Assembly (NCBI GenBank): GCA_948465565.1
Contig: CAOJXR010000004.1
Span: 2,557-66,556 of the forward strand
Length of the DNA: 64,000 bases
From: an uncultured Clostridium sp.
GTDB lineage: Bacteria > Bacillota > Clostridia > TANB77 > CAG-508
Direction of reading: 5' to 3'
Below, piece by piece: positions 1-10,900 of this stretch. The position numbers and the translations under genes were made by a program. Each line of letters opens with the position of its first letter. Position 1 is the stretch's first letter. Under the pieces are notes generated by a model, which saw only the letters and a program-made list of their open reading frames with translations, searched no databases and had not been told where the DNA came from.

Positions 1-846
1 TCCTTGCGCTACAGACATTGTTTTCTTGATTGCAAACCCTAACTTTCTTGATGCTTCTTGTTGCATTGTACTGGTTGTAAATGGTGGAGCTGGATTTCTC
101 TTTTTTTCACCTACTTTTACATCTTCTACAATGAACTTCTCTTTATTTATATCATTTAATACATTATCAACATCTTCTTTTGAGTGTAATTCTATTTTCT
201 TTTTGTTTTTTGCAATTAGTTTTGATTCAAATGTCTTTTTCGTTTTTCCATCTGAAAGAATTGCTGTTATGTTCCAGTATTCTTCTGGTATAAAGTTTTC
301 AATTTCTTCTTCTCTTTCACAAATCAATTTTACTGCTACTGATTGTACACGTCCTGCTGATAGCCCTCTTTTTACTTTTTTCCAAAGTACTGGACTTATT
401 TTATATCCAACTATTCTATCTAAAACTCTTCTTGCTTGTTGAGCATCGGTCAAGTTTAAATCTATTTTTCTAGGTTTTTTTACTGCCTCTTTTACTGCTT
501 CTTTTGTTATTTCATTAAATGTAATTCTGCAAACAGTTTCTTCTGGTATTCCTAATATATGAGCTAAATGCCATGCAATTGCTTCTCCTTCACGGTCAGG
601 GTCAGTTGCGAGGTATACTGTTTTTGATTCTTTTGCATCTTTTTTTAATGAATTAATTAATTTAGCTTTTCCTCTTATATTGATATACTCTGGCTCAAAA
701 TCATTTTCTATGCTTATTCCTATTTTTGATTTTGGCAAATCTCTAATATGTCCCATAGAAGCTACAACTTTTGTACTTCCTCCTAAGAATTTTTTTATTG
801 TATTAGCTTTTGCTGGTGACTCAACTATTATTAATTTATCGGCCAT
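1..846 (-). CDS. topA: DNA topoisomerase I, N-terminal part (gene continues beyond window start)
   Basis: The minus frame is open from the window edge to an ATG near 846 with GGAGG upstream. The translation MADKLIIVESPAKANTIKKFLGG...SMGHIRDLP is the Toprim N-terminus of TopA. It was not in the ORF track because no stop lies in the window. Confidence 0.85.
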   Translation of the reverse strand, partial: MADKLIIVESPAKANTIKKFLGGSTKVVASMGHIRDLPKSKIGISIENDFEPEYINIRGKAKLINSLKKDAKESKTVYLATDPDREGEAIAWHLAHILGIPEETVCRITFNEITKEAVKEAVKKPRKIDLNLTDAQQARRVLDRIVGYKISPVLWKKVKRGLSAGRVQSVAVKLICEREEEIENFIPEEYWNITAILSDGKTKKTFESKLIAKNKKKIELHSKEDVDNVLNDINKEKFIVEDVKVGEKKRNPAPPFTTSTMQQEASRKLGFAIKKTMSVAQG

Positions 847-1077
847 TTATTTTGACCTCCTTTATATAATCTTTCAGTATTGTAATTCATTATTTTTTTT
901 TTTGCAAGTAATTTATTTGTAGTTATATAAATTAATTTAATAAAAAAATAATATAGAATTCCTTGTTGATCGTATTTTGTGATGTTAGATGTGTGTCCTC
1001 GTTTCGAAAAAGACATATCCACAAAATACTTTCCATACTATGCGCCATTCTATATTATTATTTTTTTATTAAATTAC

Positions 1078-2193
1078 TTATTTAACTATCTTCTTTATCT
1101 CTTCATAGATTTTTTCTTCAACACTGTATTTGGCAAGTGTTTTTGCTCGATTTCCCATTGCCTCTAGTTCTTTGGGGTCTTTTATTATTTCATCAATACT
1201 ATGTCCTAGATTTTCTGAATTAATTTCTTCATTTAATATAATCTTTGCTGCACCCATTTTGGCAAGAACATTTGCATTGTCAATTTGTCTGTTGGCTGAA
1301 TTGCTTGGTAATGGTATAAATATTGCAGGTTTTCCTACTAGAGCAATTTCTGTTATTGTCATTGCACCACTACGAGCTACAATAATGCTTGATACATTCA
1401 TCATTTCACTCATATTATATATGTAAGGAACTATTTTTGTATTTTTTATGTTGTTTATATTTATTCCATCTTTCTCTAGTTCTTCTTTTATTCCGTCAAA
1501 TTGTTTTGGTCCTACTGCCCAAATTATTTGATAGTCTTTGTTTTGCTTTTCTTTTATTAATGAAACAACTGCCTCATTAATCTTTTTTGCCCCTTGACTT
1601 CCTCCAAAAATTAGTACAACAGGAAGATTATTTTTTAAACCTGCTTCAGATAGTATTTTTTCTTTTTCATTATCTGTGTAATTGCATGGTCTTACTTTTG
1701 TAGGTGTTCCTGTTACTACTACTTTTGATTTATTCTTAAAGTATTTTTCTGCATCTTTAAATCCAAGTAATATTTTGTCTAATTTTTTTTCTAAAAATTT
1801 AGTTGCTTTTCCTGGATATGCATTACTTTCATGTATTAATGTTGGAATCCCTAATTTATGTGCAGCTGTAATTGCTCCTCCACAGATATATCCACCTGTT
1901 CCTATAACTATATCTGGATTGAATTCTTTAACTATTTTTTTTGCTTCTCCAAATCCTTTTAAGGTTTTTAAATTATTTGATAAGGTTTTAAAAGAAATTT
2001 TCTTGCTAATTCCATATGCTTCTACTGTTTTAAGTTCATATCCTGCTCTTGGAACTAAGTCGTTTTCTATTCCTCTGCTTGTTCCAATGAACATTATTTC
2101 TGAGTCTTTTTCTTTTTCTTTTATTTTGTTTGCAATTGCAATTCCAGGGTTTATGTGGCCGCCTGTGCCAGCGGCAGCGATTATTACTTTCAT
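1078..2193 (-). CDS. murG: UDP-N-acetylglucosamine--N-acetylmuramyl-(pentapeptide)-PP-undecaprenol GlcNAc transferase
   Basis: 371-aa ORF with MKVIIAAAGTGGHINPG and a GT28 fold. It sits in the dcw gene order. Confidence 0.95.
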   Translation of the reverse strand: MKVIIAAAGTGGHINPGIAIANKIKEKEKDSEIMFIGTSRGIENDLVPRAGYELKTVEAYGISKKISFKTLSNNLKTLKGFGEAKKIVKEFNPDIVIGTGGYICGGAITAAHKLGIPTLIHESNAYPGKATKFLEKKLDKILLGFKDAEKYFKNKSKVVVTGTPTKVRPCNYTDNEKEKILSEAGLKNNLPVVLIFGGSQGAKKINEAVVSLIKEKQNKDYQIIWAVGPKQFDGIKEELEKDGININNIKNTKIVPYIYNMSEMMNVSSIIVARSGAMTITEIALVGKPAIFIPLPSNSANRQIDNANVLAKMGAAKIILNEEINSENLGHSIDEIIKDPKELEAMGNRAKTLAKYSVEEKIYEEIKKIVK

Positions 2194-2195
2194 AC

Positions 2196-3329
2196 TTACT
2201 CCTTATTACCTGCTCTTGATATACTTAACAGAATTCCCATTGCAGCTAGATTTATCATAAGTGCAGTTCCTCCATAGCTAAAGAAAGGTAGTGCCATACC
2301 TGTTACTGGCATTGACGCTGTAACAACGGCTATATTTATTAAAACTTGCAAGCCTATCATTGAGGTTATTCCTGCCGCTAAAAGACTTCCAAACATATCT
2401 GGTGCTTTCATTGATACTGTCATTCCTCTCCATATCAATACTGCAAATAGTATTATTACTACAGCGCATCCTATAAATCCTAATTCTTCTGCTAAAACTG
2501 CAAATATAAAGTCATTATGTGGTTCTGGTATGTATAAATATTTTTGTTTACTCTCCCCTAGTCCAACTCCGAATAGTCCTCCTGAACCTATTGCGTATAG
2601 ACTTTGTACAATCTGCCATCCAGTATCTGCCAAGTCTTGCCATGGATCAAAAAAAGTAACTAATCTTTGTAATCTGAACCCTTGCCCTATTGTTATTAAT
2701 GCAATAATTCCAATTGCTGCAACTGGTACACCTAGCATTATAAAGTATCTTATTCTACATCCTGCTAATATCATAAGTATTGCTACAAGAGCACATAACA
2801 CAAGAGTTGCACTAAAGTGATTTTGTAATATTAATACTATAAATACCATTGGTACCATTATCATCCATGGTATAAAAAATCCTTCTTTTATAGATTTTAA
2901 TTTATCTTTATTTTTTGTAAGCCATGCTGCATAAAATATTATTACTCCTACTTTTGCTAATTCTGATGGTTGGAAAGATATAAAGCCAAGATTTAGCCAT
3001 CTTGTTGCTCCTCCTGAAGATGCACCTAAAATACATACTCCTAGTAGTAGTAATATACAGACTGTAAATATAACTTTATAATTTTTTTGCCATATTTTAT
3101 AATCAACTTTTGATAGCACAAACATCAAAAATATTCCTATTGCTGCTGCTTTTATTTGTTGCATTACATATTTATAACTATTATCTCCTGTTTCATTTAA
3201 TGCAGTTGGCGAACTTGCTGATAAAACAGTGACTATTCCTAATCCTAGTAGGATGAACACTGTAATTAGCAAAGTGAAATCATATGTGCCTTTTAGAATT
3301 AATCCACTCTTTTTTTTCTTTCTCGCCAT
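2196..3329 (-). CDS. ftsW: SEDS-family peptidoglycan glycosyltransferase FtsW/SpoVE
   Basis: 377-aa polytopic membrane protein between mraY and murG with a typical FtsW/RodA/SpoVE sequence. Confidence 0.9.
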   Translation of the reverse strand: MARKKKKSGLILKGTYDFTLLITVFILLGLGIVTVLSASSPTALNETGDNSYKYVMQQIKAAAIGIFLMFVLSKVDYKIWQKNYKVIFTVCILLLLGVCILGASSGGATRWLNLGFISFQPSELAKVGVIIFYAAWLTKNKDKLKSIKEGFFIPWMIMVPMVFIVLILQNHFSATLVLCALVAILMILAGCRIRYFIMLGVPVAAIGIIALITIGQGFRLQRLVTFFDPWQDLADTGWQIVQSLYAIGSGGLFGVGLGESKQKYLYIPEPHNDFIFAVLAEELGFIGCAVVIILFAVLIWRGMTVSMKAPDMFGSLLAAGITSMIGLQVLINIAVVTASMPVTGMALPFFSYGGTALMINLAAMGILLSISRAGNKE

Positions 3330-3346
3330 ATTCTCTCCTTATAATT

Positions 3347-4327
3347 TTATAAAACTGATATTAAACCAATTATGCATAATACAGCTGTTGCTATACTAAA
3401 TGTTGAAACAATCTTATTTTCTCTCCAACCACATAACTCGAAGTGATGATGAATTGGAGTCATTTTAAATATTCTTTTTTTAGTTCTTTTATAATATGCT
3501 ACTTGTATAATTACTGAAAGTGTCTCTAATACTGGTACTGCTGCAATTATTAGTATAAGTAGTGGCATTTTTAAATATATTGCACTACAAGAAACTACTC
3601 CTCCAAGTAATAGTGAACCCGTATCTCCCATAAATACTTTTGCTTTATTTAAATTAAATATCAAGAATCCTAAACATGTTCCGCAAACTATACTTCCAAG
3701 TATAATTACTTCTTTTACATCAAGTATTATTGCTATTATTGTGATAGTTGTTACAATAACTAATGTTACAGATGTTGCTAATCCGTCTACTCCATCTGTT
3801 AGGTTTATTGCATTTGTTGTTGCTAATATTACGAAAATTGTGAATGGTATATATATTAGTAGTGGTAATTTTATAGTAGTCTTAAAAAATGGAATTATGA
3901 TATCTGTTCCAACGTTTAAAATTTGAGTTATATATATAACATACAGCACTGATACAATTAGCAATCCTAGCATTTTGGCAGATGGTTTTAATCCATCTGT
4001 ATTTCTTAGTATTACTTTTTTATAGTCATCTATAAATCCAACAAGACCAAATCCTATTGCAGCTAAAATTAGAGGAATTAATTTCTTTCCTATTTCTGGC
4101 TCTTTTCCCATATAATGACCAAATGCAACTATTGAAGCGCCTATTATCGAGATTGCCATTATTATTCCACCCATAGTGGGTGTTCCACTTTTTTTCAAGT
4201 GTGACTTAGGTCCATCTTCTCTTTCAGATTGACCTACTTTTAGTCTTTGTAAAATCGGTATTATAAATATTCCTAGTATTATAGTTGCAAAAAATGATAC
4301 TAGTAATATTTTCAGTTGAAATTCCAA
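3347..4327 (-). CDS. mraY: phospho-N-acetylmuramoyl-pentapeptide transferase
   Basis: 326-aa polytopic membrane ORF carrying MraY motifs, in the dcw order. Confidence 0.95.
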   Translation of the reverse strand: MEFQLKILLVSFFATIILGIFIIPILQRLKVGQSEREDGPKSHLKKSGTPTMGGIIMAISIIGASIVAFGHYMGKEPEIGKKLIPLILAAIGFGLVGFIDDYKKVILRNTDGLKPSAKMLGLLIVSVLYVIYITQILNVGTDIIIPFFKTTIKLPLLIYIPFTIFVILATTNAINLTDGVDGLATSVTLVIVTTITIIAIILDVKEVIILGSIVCGTCLGFLIFNLNKAKVFMGDTGSLLLGGVVSCSAIYLKMPLLILIIAAVPVLETLSVIIQVAYYKRTKKRIFKMTPIHHHFELCGWRENKIVSTFSIATAVLCIIGLISVL

Positions 4328-4339
4328 TTATTTCACTCC

Positions 4340-5809
4340 TTATTTCATATTGTTTATAATTTCTTTTACTATTTCTCTTTCATCAAAAGAATATTTTACT
4401 TTATTTATTTCTTGGTATGGTTCATGACCTTTCCCAGCTAAAATAACAATGTCTTTTGTGTTTGCCATTTTTATTGCTTTTTCGATTGCTTCTCTTCTAT
4501 CTACTATTACTTCATATTTTCCTTTTGTTTTTGATATTCCAGCTTCAATGTCTTTGACGATTGCTTCTGGGTCTTCTGTTCTAGGATTATCTGAAGTTAC
4601 AATACTGTAATCTGCTATTCTTCCTGCTATTTCTCCCATTATTGGTCTTTTGCTTGAGTCTCTATCTCCACCACATCCAAAAACTACTATTACTCTTCCC
4701 TTAGTATATGTTTTTACTGCTTGCAAAATATTCTCTAAGCTTTCTGGAGAATGGGCGTAATCTATCATTATACTTAGTTCTTTTTTATTCGGTACAAGCT
4801 CACTTCTTCCTGGTATTTTTATGTTTTCTAATGCTGTTTTTATTATTTCTGGTGAACATCCATAGTATAATGCTACAGATATTGCTGCTAGTGAATTATA
4901 TACACTAAATCTTCCTGGTATATCAACTTTTATTCTTTCATTTTTGTCTGAAATTTTTGCCTTAAAGTCAACTCCTATATTTGTTATTGTTATGTCTTTT
5001 GCAAGTAAGTCGCATCCATTGTCTATACCATAGGTTTTTACTTGGCATTTTGCTTCTCTTTTTACTCGTGCGCCTCTGAAATCGTCTATATTTACAAATC
5101 CAATGTTGCAATTTTCAAATAGTTTCATTTTTGAGTTAAAATAATCTTCCATATCACTATGTTCTTTTGCACTGATATGGTCTTTTGAAAAATTTGTAAA
5201 TACTCCAACATCAAACTTAATTCCAGCTACTCTGTTTAATTTTAATGCTTGTGATGATACTTCCATTACTACATATTCCACTTTTTGTTCTACCATCTGT
5301 GCAAACATTCTTTGTAAATCTAAACTTTCTGGTGTAGTTCTTTCGCTTTCTCCAAGACTGTCTTCGCCAATATAATTTTCAATTGTTCCTATTAATCCAA
5401 CTTTTTTACCTTGTGCTTCTAGTAACGTTTTTATCATATATGTTGTTGTAGTTTTACCTTTTGTTCCTGTTACACCTATTAGTTTGAATTTTCTTGATGG
5501 ATTACCATAAAAATTACAAGCTGAAATTGCTAAACTATATCTTGAGTCTTTTGTAACTATAAATGTAACATTATCTGGTAAAATTATGTTTCTTATTTTA
5601 TTTATATCTTCAAGCATTATAGCAGTTGCTCCATTTGCTATTGCATCATTAATATAATCATGCCCGTCAACATCATATCCTTTAATTGCTACAAATAGTG
5701 TGTCTTGAGTTACCTTTTTTGAGTTACATGATATATTTTTTATGTCTATATCAATATTTCCTTTTGCTTTTAAGTCTTGAATTCCATTCAAAATTTCACT
5801 TAATCTCAC
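4340..5809 (-). CDS. murE: UDP-N-acetylmuramoyl-L-alanyl-D-glutamate--2,6-diaminopimelate ligase
   Basis: 489-aa Mur ligase with a GVTGTKGKTTT P-loop, positioned between the PBP and mraY. Confidence 0.9.
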   Translation of the reverse strand: MRLSEILNGIQDLKAKGNIDIDIKNISCNSKKVTQDTLFVAIKGYDVDGHDYINDAIANGATAIMLEDINKIRNIILPDNVTFIVTKDSRYSLAISACNFYGNPSRKFKLIGVTGTKGKTTTTYMIKTLLEAQGKKVGLIGTIENYIGEDSLGESERTTPESLDLQRMFAQMVEQKVEYVVMEVSSQALKLNRVAGIKFDVGVFTNFSKDHISAKEHSDMEDYFNSKMKLFENCNIGFVNIDDFRGARVKREAKCQVKTYGIDNGCDLLAKDITITNIGVDFKAKISDKNERIKVDIPGRFSVYNSLAAISVALYYGCSPEIIKTALENIKIPGRSELVPNKKELSIMIDYAHSPESLENILQAVKTYTKGRVIVVFGCGGDRDSSKRPIMGEIAGRIADYSIVTSDNPRTEDPEAIVKDIEAGISKTKGKYEVIVDRREAIEKAIKMANTKDIVILAGKGHEPYQEINKVKYSFDEREIVKEIINNMK

Positions 5810-5917
5810 TTTTAATCTCTCCTAAATTTAAAATCTCTTTTTTATTATATACTTAATAATTATTTTTGCAAGAAAAAGTTTCATTTTTGGAACTTTCTAC
5901 TCTGCATTTTTGGAATT

Positions 5918-7879
5918 TTAATGAACTATTACAAAGCTCCCCTCTTCTACTGATATGTCTTTTTCTGGAATTTGTTTTGTTATTAGTTTCTCTCCAAACT
6001 CTTCGTTCTCATTTATTTTTATTTCTAGATTGTTTTCTTTTAATATTTTTTTGGCTTCTGAAAGTGTCTTTCCTATTAAATCTGGAACTTTAACTTTTTG
6101 TTTCTGCTCTTCTCCTTCTTTTGGAATTTCTAAATATGGTAATACTTCAGCAAATATTTTTCCTGCTACTGGTGCTGCAACACCTCCACCTTGATGTCCA
6201 CCTTCTCCTGTTGGGTTATATAATGTGACTAGCATTACTACTTCTGGATCATTTATTGGTGCTACTCCTATAAATGAAGTTACGTATTTTCCTGTATTTA
6301 CTCCATCTTCTGATGTTCCTGTTTTGCCTCCTATTCGGTATCCTTCTACTTTTGCATTTTTTCCTGTTCCTTCTGATACAACTGATTCCATCATACTTAA
6401 TACATTTTCTGCAGTTTGCTGTGATATTACTTGATTTCTGTATATTGGATCTATTTCTTCTCTTTCTTCTGTTTGTGAGTTTATTCTTGCTTTTACTAGT
6501 CTTGGCTGTACATATTTTCCATTGTTTGCAATTGTACTAAGCATTGTTGTCATTTGGATTGGTGTTACTTCAAATCTTTGACCAAAACTTATTGTTGCTA
6601 ATTCTACTGGTCCTACTTTTTCTTTTGCTAAAAATATACTTTTTGCTTCTCCTGGAATATCTATTCCAGTTTTTCCTAAGAATCCAAACTTTTCTAGATA
6701 GTTATAATAATTCTCAACTCCTAATCTTTGCCCTAGTCCTATAAATACTGGATTGCACGAATTCATTAATGCTTGCCTTAAACTTTGCCCGCCATGTGGT
6801 CTATAATATCTCCAACATTTTATTCTGACTTTTGCTATTTCTATTGATCCAGAGCATGAAAACTCTCCTGCTTTATCTGTTCCACATATTCCTTCTTCTA
6901 AAGCAGCTGATGATGTTACTAATTTGAATGTAGAACCTGGTTCATATGTATCTGCTATTGCTTTGTTTCTCCACATTGCTTGAAGGCTATTATTTTTATC
7001 TTCTGATGACATTGTATCCCAAATATTTGCTAATTCTTCACTATTTATTTTGAATGGTTCATTTAAGTTATAATTTGGATATGTTGCCATTGCTAGGATA
7101 TCCCCATTTTTTGGGTTCATTATTAAAATATTTCCACCATCTGTGCACACATTGTCTATACATGCTTCTTTTAAATATTTTTCTGCTATTTTTTGAATAT
7201 TACTGTCTATTGTTAGTTCTATACTGTCTCCTTCAATTGCTTCTGTATAATTTTCTCCTGTCTCGCCTATTTTTCTTCCTTTTGCATCTGATAGTTTACT
7301 TATATTTCCTGATTTACCTTTTAAAACTTCATCGTATTTTGCTTCTAATCCATTTAATCCTTGGTTATCTGAACCGCAAAAACCAATTATTTGTGAGGCT
7401 AATGTGCTATTTGGATAATATCTTTTTGCGTCTTCGTCTATGTTTATTCCTGTTTCAATATTATTATCAAGAAGCCATTTTCGTAATTGATTGCTTTTTT
7501 CTTTATCAACTTTTTTGGCAATTATTTCTATGGAACTATTTTTATTTACTTTTTTTAAAATCTTTTCGTAATCTAGTTCCAGAATTTCTGAAATTGTTCT
7601 AGCTACGCTTTCTTTTTTATCTTTTGGTATATTATTAGGATTTATTGTTATCATTTCACTACTTGCACTCATTGCTAATATTTCGCCATTCCTATCATAT
7701 ATTGTTCCTCTTTTTGCAGTAATTTCTCTTCCTAAGTTTTGTTGCTCTAATGCCATTTGTGCATACATTTTTCCTTTAATTAATTGCAAATATCCTATTC
7801 TTATTATTAACAAACTAAATACAACTAAAACTATAAGTAATTCAGTTCTTATTCTTTTTTTTATACCTAAAAAACCCAT
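5918..7879 (-). CDS. class B penicillin-binding protein (SpoVD/PBP2B-like) with one C-terminal PASTA domain
   Basis: 653 aa with an N-terminal TM segment, a transpeptidase core (STFK region) and a C-terminal PASTA domain. It is a paralog of the PBP at 53782. Confidence 0.9.
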   Translation of the reverse strand: MGFLGIKKRIRTELLIVLVVFSLLIIRIGYLQLIKGKMYAQMALEQQNLGREITAKRGTIYDRNGEILAMSASSEMITINPNNIPKDKKESVARTISEILELDYEKILKKVNKNSSIEIIAKKVDKEKSNQLRKWLLDNNIETGINIDEDAKRYYPNSTLASQIIGFCGSDNQGLNGLEAKYDEVLKGKSGNISKLSDAKGRKIGETGENYTEAIEGDSIELTIDSNIQKIAEKYLKEACIDNVCTDGGNILIMNPKNGDILAMATYPNYNLNEPFKINSEELANIWDTMSSEDKNNSLQAMWRNKAIADTYEPGSTFKLVTSSAALEEGICGTDKAGEFSCSGSIEIAKVRIKCWRYYRPHGGQSLRQALMNSCNPVFIGLGQRLGVENYYNYLEKFGFLGKTGIDIPGEAKSIFLAKEKVGPVELATISFGQRFEVTPIQMTTMLSTIANNGKYVQPRLVKARINSQTEEREEIDPIYRNQVISQQTAENVLSMMESVVSEGTGKNAKVEGYRIGGKTGTSEDGVNTGKYVTSFIGVAPINDPEVVMLVTLYNPTGEGGHQGGGVAAPVAGKIFAEVLPYLEIPKEGEEQKQKVKVPDLIGKTLSEAKKILKENNLEIKINENEEFGEKLITKQIPEKDISVEEGSFVIVH

Positions 7880-7968
7880 GATTAACTCCTTTATAAAAGT
7901 TATTCATGGGTTTTAATTTTAGAATAATTCTTTTTATTTATTAATTTTTTTAATCTCTTTAATTTAAA

Positions 7969-10900
7969 TTACTCTAGGTTCATGTATCCTATTAATACTA
8001 GTTTTAATCTAGCTAAGTCGGTTACTGTGACGGTGTCAGTTCCATTTACATCTGCTGCTTTTAAAGCATTTCCTTCTAATAACTCTTTTTCTATGCAATG
8101 TAGTTTCATTTTTGCTAAATCAGTCAATGTAATTTCTCCATTACCATCAATATCACCTTTTACTATAAGAGTATATTCTTGTTTTCCTCCTACTATTAGC
8201 TTTAATCCTGTTTTAATTAGTTCGTTATCTTGCATTTCTACATTATCTTTATTAACAATTTTTATTGTTTGATTTGTGTTTATATTTCCTTTAAATTCTT
8301 CTACTGTCGTTCCTGCTTTATCATTTACTTTTGCCCTTATATTTAAAATATATCCTTCTTTTATTTCATATTTTTCAGAGTCAAACAAAAATTCATCTTC
8401 TAGTTCTTTATTTATCCAAGTTACTTCAGCTTCTGCTGTTCCTATATTTCCTAATTTATCTATATATTCAAATGTAAATTTTCCATTTTCTGTGAATGTA
8501 TATTCTTTACTTCCATTATTATTTGTTACCGTTACTTCTTCATCTGTTTTCATTGTTACTGTAACTGGTTTGTCTGTTGGGTTAGTTGTGCTATAAATAA
8601 GTTCTGCTATTGGAGCTTCTTTATCTATCCAATCTACACTGGCAGATATCCATCCTCTATTACCATATTGGTCGATATATTCAAAATCATATTCACCATT
8701 TTCAGTAAATGTATAAACATTATTACCATTATTGCTTAATATGTTATAACCTTCTTCTATATCTAGTGTTACTTTAACATCTTTATTTGTTAATTCTGTA
8801 GTTGAATATGTTAATGTATATTTTGGTAATTTTGAAATCCAGTTTACATTTGCTGTTACTTTTCCTACATTTCCTGCTTTGTCTACAAATTCAAATGTAA
8901 ATTCTCCATTTTCTGTGAATGTATATTCTAATTTTCCATCATTATTTGTTATTGTAACTTCTTCATTAGGCTCTATTGTTACTATAACTGGTTTGTCTGT
9001 AATATTTGTTGTACTGTAAATAATCTCTGCTGTTGGGGCTTCTTTATCAATCCAGTCTACTGCAATTATTTTAGTTCCTATATTACCTAGCTCATCTTTA
9101 AATTTTAATTCATAAGATGCATTCTTGTCAAATGTAATAGTTTTACTTTTATCTGTTGGATTTTCACCAATTTGTACATCTGTAGAAAGTATTGTTATAT
9201 TTTCTTTATCAAATGTTATTGTTGCAACAACATCCTCTTTTGTTAGTTCCTTTGTACTATAGACAACCTCTGCTTTAGGTAATGTTTTATCAATCCAATC
9301 TACATAAGCTGTCTCTCTACCTACATTTCCATTTTCATCAACAAATTCAAAAGTGAATTCTCCATTTTCTGTGAATGTATATGATTTTCTTCCTTCATTA
9401 TTAGTAACAGTAATTGGTCTATTTTCATCTACTAACTCAGCTATAACATCTTTATTAGTTTTTGTATCAATGTTATAACTAATCTCAGCAGTAGGTATTT
9501 CACTTGCTGATGGATTTTCATATAGATTTATAACAGATATTGAAAAGAAATTTTCAAAAGGTTGCATACCATTAACTTCTGTACATTCAATTTTTATATA
9601 TTGAGCTTTTTTTGCTTCTGGGAATTTAATCTTCTTACTTGAATTACTATTAGCTAAATTGTTTTGAGTTGCGGCTAATTCCCAGGTCTTACCATCCATA
9701 CTTACATATACATTTATTTTTTTTGCTCTACCAGAAGTATATCCACCTATAGTTGTTTTGGCATCTTGCTCTGGTATGTAATCTAATTCTGATACATATC
9801 TAGGTTTATCAATAATTTTTATAACAACATCTGAAACTGGATAAGAAGCTGTAAAAACAGCTCCTGGTTTACTACGCCATGATGTAGTTATATCACCATC
9901 CAAAATATTTTTTACATTTCCTCCTTTTGTAGAAGATGCTGATACTGCCTCTAAATTACTTCTTGCAATAAATCTATTTGTTAAGGAAGATGCATTCATA
10001 GTGAATGTATAGTGTACTGGATTGCTCGTTGTATTAGTTCCCTCTGCCATTAATCTAAGATAAACAACTACATCTCCTTTTAAATTTGGTTTTCCATCTG
10101 CAAATGAAGTCCACTCTCCTGAATTAGGATCTAATGACCATTCCATTTTATCAGTTGTACCATTAAGGCGATTTTCTAAATCATCCATTGAAACTGTATT
10201 GCTTGGAAATACTCCCTTATTAATATCAATTTTGAAAATATTTTTTTCAGTCATAGGTAATCCTGATATGTGAATTTTAATATCATTATCTGCATTAATG
10301 CTATTAATTTCTTCAGGAGTAAGTTCTGCAAAATGTTCATAAATCTCTTTCCAATTGTTGCCTCCATCTAAACTATAACTCCAAGTTACCTGAGCACTTT
10401 GTAATTGTTTAGATAATATAATTTTTCCTGCATTGGCACCTGTAAATGAAAATGTAGCAATTCTAGAATCAATTACTCCTAATATTGCATTTGCAATTAC
10501 TGGTACTTCTGCATGATATATTGTATTTGCTGCTGTTGCCTTTGTTGCTTGACGTAATGTTCTATCTTGTAACATCATTAACACACTACGATATTCTGGA
10601 GAAGAAATTTTTGTTCCAATTTTCTTTAATAAATCGTACATTGGTAGTGGATGATAAGCATAAACCTTTGTAATTTCAGTTGCTAAATCTATTAAATCCG
10701 AATCTGTTTTAGTACCATCTGTAATGTATGAATTTACTAATCCTAACCAAGCATCAAAGTTAATTTTTTCTTGTTCTATAGCTTCAAGATAAATTTGTTT
10801 TAATTTATCTCTATCATTTTTATAAACATCTTCTAATAGTAAAATTAGTTGGGCTTGTTCATATTTATCATATTCATTTTGTGCTTCTTGGGCTAGTAAC

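Noticed and set aside
26-442. Plus-strand 138-aa ORF at the window start
   Set aside because: It is antisense to the topA coding region and F/S/L-rich with low complexity typical of reverse frames in AT-rich DNA. No RBS is present.
831-1022. 63-aa minus ORF overlapping the topA start
   Set aside because: It is low-complexity and overlaps the topA RBS and start, so it is likely spurious.
1682-2260. Plus-strand 192-aa ORF inside murG/ftsW
   Set aside because: It is antisense to two well-supported dcw genes, with compositional bias only.
7054-7602. Plus-strand 182-aa Leu/Phe-rich ORF, and similar plus-strand ORFs at 6274-6744, 8276-8596, 24039-24690, 31142-31829, 35267-35842 and 50687-52504
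   Set aside because: All are antisense to long, well-supported minus-strand genes. Their extreme L/F/S/I composition is the mirror of K/E/N-rich coding strands, so they are not independent genes.
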